Shown piece after piece: positions 9,171 to 16,954 of a stretch of DNA of 64,000 bases. Both the position numbers and the translations under genes were made by a program. Position 1 is the stretch's first letter. Each line of letters starts with the position of its first letter. Under the pieces are notes generated by a model. The model was given only the letters and a program-made list of their open reading frames with translations. It did no database searches and was not told the DNA's origin. This DNA is from Candidatus Eiseniibacteriota bacterium (GTDB lineage Bacteria > Eisenbacteria > RBG-16-71-46 > JACRLI01), in assembly GCA_025351485.1 (NCBI GenBank), contig JANXVU010000089.1, positions 6,513 through 70,512 of the forward strand, in the 5' to 3' direction.

Positions 9171-10111
9171 AGCCCGAGGTGGCGGTGATCGTGGTGATCT
9201 ATCGGCCCGGCGCGGAACTGGATACCTGCCTGGCCTCGGTGGAGCGCGAGCTCCGTGAGGTGAGCCACGAGCTGTGGGTGGTGGACAACGCCTCCGGCGA
9301 CGGCTCCCCCGATCGCGTGCGCGGCTCCTTTCCCACCGCGCGCGTGGAACAGATGTCCTCCAACCTGGGTTTTGCTTCCGCCAACAACGTGGCCCTGGAG
9401 CGCTCCGAGGCGGAGGCCTTCTTGCTGATCAATCCCGACGCCGAACTCCTGCCCGGATCGTACGGGGCATTTTGCCGCGCCGCCGCCGAGCATCCCGAGG
9501 CGGGGGCCGTGGCGCCGCAGATCGTGGAAGAGGATGGCAGCATCGCACGCAGCTGCCGCACCGCGCCCTCGGCCCTTTCGCTGTTATGGGAGAACACGCT
9601 GCTCGATTTCGCATTTCCAGGGAACCCGCTGTTCGACGCGCACCGGCTGGGACAATTCGATCACGCGTCGGCGCGCGCGGTGGACGCGGCGAGCGGCGCA
9701 TGCCTGTACGTCCCGCGGTCCTGCGTGCAGCGGGTGGGGGCCATGGACCCAGCATTCTTCATGTACAGCGAGGAAATGGATTGGTGCCGCCGCATGTGGA
9801 AGGCCGGCCTCGCGGTGTGGTTCGATCCTCGCGCGCGCGTGCGGCACCTGGGGCAGCGCAGCAGCGCGAACCATCAGGACATCCTGATCCCCGCGTACTA
9901 TCGAAGCCAGCGGCGCTATTTCAGCAAGCACGGCAGCCCGGCGGCGCGCGTGCTGTTCGGCCCGCTGACCCTGCTGGGAGTGCTGCTCCGGCTGGCGGTA
10001 TTCACCGTGCGCCGCATCTCGGGGCGACTGGACGGCCCGGCGTTCCGTACCCGCGTGCGCGCCTACACCCGCGCCGGCATGGAAGCTTTCGGCGGAGGGG
10101 GCGCCCGATGA
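9167..10111 (+). CDS. Glycosyltransferase family 2
   Basis: GT-A fold motifs (VAVIVVIYRPG…, VVDNASGDGS, and a DxD-like region); 'rhamnosyltransferase-like' GT2 architecture. GTG overlaps the wzx stop. Confidence 0.75.
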   Translation: MKPEVAVIVVIYRPGAELDTCLASVERELREVSHELWVVDNASGDGSPDRVRGSFPTARVEQMSSNLGFASANNVALERSEAEAFLLINPDAELLPGSYGAFCRAAAEHPEAGAVAPQIVEEDGSIARSCRTAPSALSLLWENTLLDFAFPGNPLFDAHRLGQFDHASARAVDAASGACLYVPRSCVQRVGAMDPAFFMYSEEMDWCRRMWKAGLAVWFDPRARVRHLGQRSSANHQDILIPAYYRSQRRYFSKHGSPAARVLFGPLTLLGVLLRLAVFTVRRISGRLDGPAFRTRVRAYTRAGMEAFGGGGAR

Positions 10112-11412
10112 GACTGTTGCTGATCGCCTACTACTTTCCGCCCTGCGGCGGCGCCGCGGCGCTGCGTGCGCTCCACTGGGCCAAGTACCTTCCGCAGCAC
10201 GGGCTGGACCTGACCGTGATCGCGCCCGAGGACGGCGTCTACCCCATGCAGGACGGGACGCTGCTCGGCTCCATCCCTGCCGGGGTCGCGGTGCACCGGG
10301 TGCGGGGTTTCACTCCCAGCGCCCACCCGGCCCTGCGCAGGGTGCGCGGCGGCTCGTTTTCCGAGGGAGGAGTCGCGCACGATGGCCTGCTTCGCCGCGC
10401 CCTGCGCGGGGTGCGCGATCTGTTCTTTGTGCCGGATGAGTTCGTGGGATTCGTGCCGGCGTCGGTCCGTCGCGCGCTGGAGTTGCACGCGGAGCGGCCG
10501 TTCGACGTGGTGCTTACGCTTTCGCATCCGCTCAGCGTGCATCTCGCGGGGCTGGAACTGAAGCGCCGCCTGGGCATTCCCTGGGCCACCGAGTTCGGGG
10601 ACCCGTGGACCGAGAACTGGCAGGCTTCGGGGCGAAGTTTATCCAGGAAGGTACTGGAGCCGCGCATGGAGCGTTCCGTGCTGACCGAATGCTGCCTGGC
10701 CGTGGCCACCACCGAGGGCCTGCGCGACCGCTGGCGCTCGCGCTTTCCGCAGCTCGATCCGGAGCGCTTCCAGGCCGTGCCCATCGGATACGACGAGGCG
10801 GGCTTTGCCGGGCTCCAGCCGGAGCGCCATGACCGCTGGACGCTGGGCTACGCGGGCGCTCTGTACCACGACCGCCGCGCCGACTCCTTCCTGGAAGGGT
10901 TGGGTCGCTACCTGGAGCGTCAGCCCGCGGAGCGAGAAGCGATCCGCGTCGTCTTCATCGGCGCCAAGGACGAGCCCAACAAGCGCTCCTTCCGCGAAGC
11001 GGTGGAGCGCCACCGGCTGGAGGGCGTGGTGGAGGACCTGGGCTTTCGCTCGCATCGCGAGGCGTTGGCCATGCTCATCGGTTCCGATGCGCTCCTTTAC
11101 GTGGGCGGCTTGCCGCCCGAAGGCGATCTGACCGTGCAATCCAAGGTCTACGAGTACCTGCGGGCGTGGAAGCCGGTGCTGGCCATCTCGCGCGAGGTGG
11201 AGGCGCTGCGCATCCTGAGGCGCGGCCCCGGAGTGTTCCGGGCCGACCAGAGCGATCCCCAGGGCGCCTGCCTCGCCATCGCCCAGATTCGAGCTGCCAC
11301 GCCCCGGCAGAACCTTCCGGCCGCGGCCCGCGACTACGAGGTCGCCGCCCTGGCCGGACGCCTGGCAGGTTACCTGCGCCGCCACGCCGTGCCTTCGGAG
11401 GCCCGCCCATGA
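10108..11412 (+). CDS. Glycosyltransferase (GT4-like, N-terminal YYFPP motif)
   Basis: N-terminus MRLLLIAYYFPPCGGAAALRALHWAKYL is typical of the GT4/'Glyco_trans_4_4' N-domain. It is translationally coupled (ATGA) on both sides. Confidence 0.6.
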   Translation: MRLLLIAYYFPPCGGAAALRALHWAKYLPQHGLDLTVIAPEDGVYPMQDGTLLGSIPAGVAVHRVRGFTPSAHPALRRVRGGSFSEGGVAHDGLLRRALRGVRDLFFVPDEFVGFVPASVRRALELHAERPFDVVLTLSHPLSVHLAGLELKRRLGIPWATEFGDPWTENWQASGRSLSRKVLEPRMERSVLTECCLAVATTEGLRDRWRSRFPQLDPERFQAVPIGYDEAGFAGLQPERHDRWTLGYAGALYHDRRADSFLEGLGRYLERQPAEREAIRVVFIGAKDEPNKRSFREAVERHRLEGVVEDLGFRSHREALAMLIGSDALLYVGGLPPEGDLTVQSKVYEYLRAWKPVLAISREVEALRILRRGPGVFRADQSDPQGACLAIAQIRAATPRQNLPAAARDYEVAALAGRLAGYLRRHAVPSEARP

Positions 11413-12512
11413 ACCCCGTGAAACTCGGCATCGTCCTGGTGTCCGCGCGTCCCGGTGGCACCGAACTTTCGGTGCTGCGGCTGTTGCGCGCCCTGGACCC
11501 CGCCTGTTTCGAGCCGCACGTGTGCGTGCTCACTGGGGAGGGCCCGCTGGTGGCCGACTACCGCGCGGCGGGTTTACCGGTCACGGTGCTGGGCGCCGAC
11601 CGGGGCCCGGGACTGCTCAAGATGCTCGGCCTGCGCGACTGGATCCGCCGCACCGATCCCGACCTCCTCCACGGCTTTCTTTACGCCGGCAACCTGCTGG
11701 TGCGCGCTTTCGGGCGCGAGGGGCGTAAGCGGCCCGTGGTGGTCTCGATTCACGGGATCGAAGAGTGGCGCGCGCCCATCCTGGACGCCCTGGAGCGCCC
11801 GACGTGGGCGCGCGCGGACGCCGTGCTGGCCAACTCGCAAGCCGCCCGCAAAGTGATGCTACGGAAGTTCGGGAGCGGCGTCCCGGTCCACGTGGTGCGC
11901 AACGGCAGCGACCCCATGCCGCGGCCCGCGCGCGAGGTGGCCCGCGCCCGGCTCGGCCTGCCTGGCGGCCCGCTGGCCTTGTGCGTGGCGAATTTCATCC
12001 GCTACAAGCGCCACCTGGAACTCATATTCGCATTCCAGCAGGTGCGGCTGGCCGTGCCTTCGGCGCGACTCGTGCTCACCAGCGAGGGTCCGGAGCGGGC
12101 GCGCTGCGAGCGCTCGGCGCGGGAACTCGGCATCCAGGACGCCGTGCTGTTCCTGGGCCGGCAGTCGGATCTTTCGATGCTGTATGCCGCCTGCGACGTG
12201 GTGACGCTCGCCTCCAGCGAAGAGAGCTATCCCGGCGTGCTGCTGGAAGCCGCGTGGGCCGGCCGGCCGGTGGTGGCCACCGCCGTGGGCGGGGTGCCGG
12301 AGCTGGTCGTGGAAGGCGTGACCGGGCATCTGGTCCCGCCGCTGGAAGCGCGCCCGATGGCCCAGGCGCTGATCGGGATCCTCGAGGACCGCGAACGTCG
12401 CGAAGCCATGGGCGAGGCGGCGCTCAGCCGCGCCCGGAAGCATTTCACCATGGCCGAGGAAGCGCGCCTGACGACGGAGTTCTACGACGCGGTGATGGAG
12501 GGCCGGGCCTGA
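11409..12512 (+). CDS. Glycosyltransferase family 4 (group 1)
   Basis: C-terminal GT-B motif (…CDVVTLASSEESYPGVLLEAAWAGRPVVATAVGGVPELVVEGVTG…) with the EX7E-like signature. Confidence 0.75.
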   Translation: MNPVKLGIVLVSARPGGTELSVLRLLRALDPACFEPHVCVLTGEGPLVADYRAAGLPVTVLGADRGPGLLKMLGLRDWIRRTDPDLLHGFLYAGNLLVRAFGREGRKRPVVVSIHGIEEWRAPILDALERPTWARADAVLANSQAARKVMLRKFGSGVPVHVVRNGSDPMPRPAREVARARLGLPGGPLALCVANFIRYKRHLELIFAFQQVRLAVPSARLVLTSEGPERARCERSARELGIQDAVLFLGRQSDLSMLYAACDVVTLASSEESYPGVLLEAAWAGRPVVATAVGGVPELVVEGVTGHLVPPLEARPMAQALIGILEDRERREAMGEAALSRARKHFTMAEEARLTTEFYDAVMEGRA

Positions 12513-15500
12513 TGTGCGGAATCGCGGGCATTTACACGCCGGGCCGACCGGTGGAAGAGGGCGCGCTGCACGCGATGCTCTCCAGGCTGCAGCACCGCGG
12601 TCCCGACGACGAGGGCGCCCACTTTTCTCCGGGTCTCGCGATGGGCGCGCGGCGCCTTTCCATCATCGACATCGCCGGCGGCCACCAGCCGATGGAGGCC
12701 GGCGAAGGGATCACCGTTTCCCAGAACGGCGAGATCTACAACTTCCCGGAGTTGCGCGAGGAGCTGGAACGCGCCGGAGAACGGTTCCGTACCCGGTCCG
12801 ACACCGAAGTGATCGGGAGGCTTTACCGCGCGCGCGGCCCGCAGGGCTTCACCCGGCTCTCGGGGATGTTCGCGGCCGCGGTCTTCGACGCGCGCTCGGG
12901 AGAGCTGGCGCTGGCGCGCGACCGCTCCGGCATCAAGCCGCTCTACGTGGCGGAGATCCCGGGTGGCATCGCGTACGCCTCGGAACTCTCGGCGCTGCTC
13001 GCATCCGGATTGGTGCAGGCCTCGCCCAACCCGGAGGCGCTGCGCTCCTTTGCCATGTTCGGCTTCATCGCCGGCGGGCCGTCGTCCATCCACGGGGTGG
13101 AGCGGCTCGCTCCCGGCGAGTGCCTGGTGTTCGGCCCCCAGGGCAGCCGGCGCTCCCGCTTTGCCGCGGCCTACGAGCCACGCGTGGGCGCTCCGGCCGG
13201 CGTGCCTGGAACACCGGATGTGCTCGCGCGCCTGAGCTCCTCGGTGGAGCGCCACATGCTGAGCGACGTCCCGGTGGGAGTATTCCTGTCGGGCGGGCTC
13301 GACTCCTCTGCCATCGTGGCCACGCTGGCCGGCCGCGGGGTGCGGGTGCGCACCTTTTCAATCGGCCCGGAAGGCGGGGCGCACCTGGACGAGCGTCCCC
13401 TGGCGCGCCGGGTGGCGGACCGCTTTCACATGGAGCACCACTCGGTGGCGCTGGCGACGCCCAACGAGGCTTCCATGCGCGAGCTGGCGAGGGCCTTCGA
13501 CGAGCCGTTCGCCGACTCCTCGGCGTTCGCCACGCTGCAGTTGTCGAGGCTCGCGCGGCAGTTCGTCACGGTGGCCCTGTCCGGCACCGGGGGCGACGAG
13601 ACGCTCTCGGGCTACGAGCGCTACGGCCTGCCGGCCATGCTCCGCCGGGCACGGGTGCTTCCGCCGCACCTGGCCGGGCAGCTCTCCCGGGGGATCGACC
13701 GGCTTCGCCCCAACCGCCGCAGCGCCCAGGGCGAGCTGATGCTGCGGGCCCAGAAGCTGCTCTCGGCGCGTTCCCGCCGCCGCCCGGCGCACGGCTACGT
13801 GGAGAGCGTGGCGGTCTCGCGAAACCTGTGGGGCCCGCTTTTCCATGGCACGCGCGCCGAGGGCGAGGAGCTGGTGGAGCGGCTGCTGGAAGAGGTGGGC
13901 CTCGCCGGCCGGCCGTTCGATTCCGCCTTCGGGCCGGCGTTCGACCATCGCATGTACTTGCCTGACGATCTGCTGGTGAAGGAGGACCGCGCCTCCATGG
14001 CAGTCTCCCTGGAGTCGCGCGTGCCGTTTCTGGACGTGGATTGGCTGCGCTGGACCGAGCAGATCGGGGAAGGGCGCAAGCGCCCTGGCGGCCGCCCCAA
14101 GGGCATCCTGAGGGACGCCATGGCGGATCTGCTTCCGCCTTCGATCACCGCGCGCCCCAAGCACGGCTTCGCCATGCCCGTCTCGGGATGGATGCGCTCG
14201 GAATCCATGCGCTGGGTGGAGGACCTGTTCCAGCCCGGCGGAGTGGAGACCGGTCTCGACCTGCGAGAGGCCCGCTCCCGTTTCCTGGACCACCGCGCCG
14301 GGCGGCTGGAGGCCGGGGAGGAGCTGTGGGCCGCCGCCATGATCCAGCTGTGGGCAAGCGAGCACGTGGCCCAGGCCTCGCCGGGCCTGGCCCCTGAAAT
14401 CTCCGCCATGCCTCTGCCGCCGGGACCCCCGGCTCCGTTCCGCGTGGCTCCCGCGCGGGCCAGCCGGGTCAGGGTGGTTCGAATCATCAGCCGCATGAAC
14501 GTGGGCGGGCCCGCCATCCACGTGAGCCTGCTCACTTCGGGCCTGCAGGAGTTCGGCTTCGACACCATGCTGGTGCGCGGCCAGGAAGGCCCGCACGAGG
14601 GCAGCATGGACGACGTGGCCCGGCGCTACCGGGTGACCCCGGTGAGCGTGCCCGGGTTGCGGCGCGAGATGCAGCCCATGGACGATGCACGCGCCCTGAT
14701 GAGCCTGGTGGAGCTGCTGCGCCGCGAGCGCCCGGACATCGTGCACACCCACACCAGCAAGGCCGGCATGCTGGGCCGGATCGCGGCCGCCCGGGTGGGC
14801 GTTCCGATCGTGCTGCACACCTTCCACGGGCACGTGCTGGACGGCTACTTCAACCCCATCATGGTGCGCGGGATCATGGCGGTGGAGCGCCAGCTGGCAC
14901 GCCGCAGCACCCGGCTGATCGCCGTCAGCCAGGCCACCCTGGAAGACATGGTCGGGATCGGCATCCCACGGGAAAAGCTGGTGCACATACCGCTGGGCCT
15001 ACCCATCGACGACCTGTTCCAGGTTGAGCGGGGCCGCGGAAACTTCCGGGCCTCCATCGGGGTTCCTACAGGAGTACCCCTCATCGGCATCCTGGCGCGG
15101 CTGGCCGAGGTCAAGCGGCACGAGATCTTCCTCAAGGCGGCCGCCCTGCTCAAAATGCGCGACCCCTACATGCACTTTGCCGTGGTGGGCGGCGGCGACC
15201 GAGAATGGGAGCTCCGGCGGCAAGCCGTTCGGCTGGGACTCGGGCAATCAGTCCATTTCACTGGGTTCCGACGGGACCTGGGGGAGGTGCTCTCGGACCT
15301 CGATGTGAGCGTCCTGTGCTCCCGCAGCGAGGGCCTGCCGGTGGCCCTGATCGAGTCCATGGCGGCCTCCCTCCCCGTGGTGGCCAGCGAGGTGGGCGGG
15401 GTACGCGAGTTGCTAGGGAATGACGAGGCCGGGCTGCTGGTCCGGTCCGAGGACCCCGAGGGACTGGCCTCTTCCGTCTACCGCCTGCTCAAGGACCGGG

Positions 15501-15631
15501 ACCTTCGCGCCCGGCTGACCGCCGCGGGCCGGCTCCGGGCCGAGCGCTACCGCGAGCGCCGGCTGCTGGTGGACATGGCCTCCCTTTACCACGAATTGCT
15601 GGGTTCCCGGACACCCCCCCGGTCCATGTAA
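12512..15631 (+). CDS. Fusion protein: asparagine synthetase (glutamine-hydrolysing)-like amidotransferase (N-terminal, about 620 aa) + GT4 glycosyltransferase (C-terminal, about 400 aa)
   Basis: N-terminus MCGIAGIY… carries the Ntn Cys2 and the AsnB PP-loop (VGVFLSGGLDSS). After a Pro-rich linker (…MPLPPGPPAPF…) comes a complete GT4 domain (…HTHTSKAGMLGR… EGLPVALIESMAASLPVVASEVGGVRELL…). No stop codon separates the two halves in the given sequence. Confidence 0.65.
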   Translation: MCGIAGIYTPGRPVEEGALHAMLSRLQHRGPDDEGAHFSPGLAMGARRLSIIDIAGGHQPMEAGEGITVSQNGEIYNFPELREELERAGERFRTRSDTEVIGRLYRARGPQGFTRLSGMFAAAVFDARSGELALARDRSGIKPLYVAEIPGGIAYASELSALLASGLVQASPNPEALRSFAMFGFIAGGPSSIHGVERLAPGECLVFGPQGSRRSRFAAAYEPRVGAPAGVPGTPDVLARLSSSVERHMLSDVPVGVFLSGGLDSSAIVATLAGRGVRVRTFSIGPEGGAHLDERPLARRVADRFHMEHHSVALATPNEASMRELARAFDEPFADSSAFATLQLSRLARQFVTVALSGTGGDETLSGYERYGLPAMLRRARVLPPHLAGQLSRGIDRLRPNRRSAQGELMLRAQKLLSARSRRRPAHGYVESVAVSRNLWGPLFHGTRAEGEELVERLLEEVGLAGRPFDSAFGPAFDHRMYLPDDLLVKEDRASMAVSLESRVPFLDVDWLRWTEQIGEGRKRPGGRPKGILRDAMADLLPPSITARPKHGFAMPVSGWMRSESMRWVEDLFQPGGVETGLDLREARSRFLDHRAGRLEAGEELWAAAMIQLWASEHVAQASPGLAPEISAMPLPPGPPAPFRVAPARASRVRVVRIISRMNVGGPAIHVSLLTSGLQEFGFDTMLVRGQEGPHEGSMDDVARRYRVTPVSVPGLRREMQPMDDARALMSLVELLRRERPDIVHTHTSKAGMLGRIAAARVGVPIVLHTFHGHVLDGYFNPIMVRGIMAVERQLARRSTRLIAVSQATLEDMVGIGIPREKLVHIPLGLPIDDLFQVERGRGNFRASIGVPTGVPLIGILARLAEVKRHEIFLKAAALLKMRDPYMHFAVVGGGDREWELRRQAVRLGLGQSVHFTGFRRDLGEVLSDLDVSVLCSRSEGLPVALIESMAASLPVVASEVGGVRELLGNDEAGLLVRSEDPEGLASSVYRLLKDRDLRARLTAAGRLRAERYRERRLLVDMASLYHELLGSRTPPRSM

Positions 15632-15640
15632 TTGGCAGTC

Positions 15641-15669
15641 TTGACAGGACTTTTGCCTTGTCGGTATGG
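15641..15669 (+). promoter_or_regulatory. Sigma-70-like promoter candidate TTGACA-N17-TATGGT upstream of the epimerase/dehydratase gene
   Basis: Perfect -35 hexamer TTGACA (15641-15646), 17 nt spacer, -10 TATGGT (15664-15669), about 100 nt upstream of the ATG at 15766. An AGGAGC RBS precedes the start codon. Confidence 0.4.
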
Positions 15670-15765
15670 TGCCCGGACGGTGTGCAAGGTCGGGCAGACG
15701 CCCCATTCGTGGCCCCCGGCCCCGGGCATCGGAAGGATTTCCCAAGCGCTAGGAGCGGTGAACCC

Positions 15766-16749
15766 ATGCGGATTTTGGTGACCGGCGGAGCCGGTTTCAT
15801 AGGATCACACCTGGTCGAAAGCCTGCTGGCCCGCGGTGACGAGGTGTGGGCTTTGGACGACCTGTCCACGGGTCGCCTCTCGAATTGTGCCTCATTTGAG
15901 AAGAATTCCCGGTTCCATTTCGTCAAGGGCACCGCCACCGAGATGGCCACGGTGGCCCCGCTGGTGGACGGTGTGGACCAGGTGTTCCACCTGGCCGCGG
16001 CCGTGGGCGTCAAGTACGTGGTGGAGCACCCGCTGCAGTCCCTGATCACCAACATCCGGGGCGCCGAGGTGGTGCTGGAAGCCGCCGCCAAAAAGGGCAC
16101 CCGGACCATCATGTTTTCCAGCTCCGAGGTGTACGGCAAGGGCACCGGCGCCCCGCTCCGGGAGGATGACGACCAGCTCCTGGGTCCGACTTCCATTTCC
16201 CGCTGGAGCTATGCCACCGGCAAGGCCGTGGACGAGTTCCTGGCATTCGCCTACTGGGCGGAAAAGCGGCTCCCGGTGGTGATCGTGCGCTGCTTCAACA
16301 CCTGCGGCCCCCGACAGAGGGGGGAGTACGGCATGGTGATCCCGCGCTTCATCGAGTCCTCGCTGCGCGGAGAGCCGATCTCGGTGTACGGCACCGGCGA
16401 GCAGAGCCGCTGCTTTTCCTACGTGGGGGATGTGGTGCGCGGGGTGCTGATGCTGGCCGACGATCCGGCCACCAGCGGTCAGGTGTTCAACATCGGCACC
16501 ACCGAAGAGATCAACGTGATGAACTTGGCCCGCAAGATCAAGGATCTCACCCGCTCCGAATCCCCGATCATCACTATTCCCTATGAGGAAGTGTACGGAA
16601 AGGCGTTCGAGGACATGAACAAGCGGGTGCCGGACCTGGCCAAGATCCACTCGTACGTGGGCTACACCCCGGAAGTGTCCCTGGAAGAGCTGCTGAAGAA
16701 GACCATCGCCGAGGTGGCGAGCCAGCTGGGGATCAAAGCGCCGGCGTAG
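15766..16749 (+). CDS. NAD-dependent nucleotide-sugar epimerase/dehydratase (UDP-glucuronate decarboxylase / UDP-glucose 4-epimerase family)
   Basis: Rossmann motif VTGGAGFIGSHL and catalytic YxxxK (YATGKAV). Overall SDR-extended family architecture. Confidence 0.85.
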   Translation: MRILVTGGAGFIGSHLVESLLARGDEVWALDDLSTGRLSNCASFEKNSRFHFVKGTATEMATVAPLVDGVDQVFHLAAAVGVKYVVEHPLQSLITNIRGAEVVLEAAAKKGTRTIMFSSSEVYGKGTGAPLREDDDQLLGPTSISRWSYATGKAVDEFLAFAYWAEKRLPVVIVRCFNTCGPRQRGEYGMVIPRFIESSLRGEPISVYGTGEQSRCFSYVGDVVRGVLMLADDPATSGQVFNIGTTEEINVMNLARKIKDLTRSESPIITIPYEEVYGKAFEDMNKRVPDLAKIHSYVGYTPEVSLEELLKKTIAEVASQLGIKAPA

Positions 16750-16954
16750 CTCCGGGAAATCGAAAGGCGAGGCGGCTCGAGTAGAAGAGGCCGTTCTCCA
16801 ATGAGAACCAGCACCCCAGGGCCGGGACGGCTTTGGGGTGTTGTTGTTTGGGGGGATGGAGTGAATCAGAAGAGGGGAGCGCAAACGAAGATGGCGCTGC
16901 GAGTGGGGAAGCTTACGCCTCGCCCCCGCGCCGCCCTCCAGCTAATATCCCCCC

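Noticed and set aside
9274-10107. Upstream extension of ORF 9274-11412 and similar extensions at 11166-11408 and 11765-12511
   Set aside because: Each overlaps the preceding glycosyltransferase in an alternative frame. Real starts coincide with ATGA/TGATG junctions.
13358-14986. 542-aa minus-strand ORF inside the AsnB::GT4 gene
   Set aside because: Antisense artefact, highly H/G/A/R-rich, no domain.
16750-16954. 205-nt gap between the epimerase and kinase genes, inspected for small ORFs or RNA genes
   Set aside because: Contains only short low-complexity ORFs (for example 16801-17106 overlapping the kinase start). No convincing RBS, promoter or structure.
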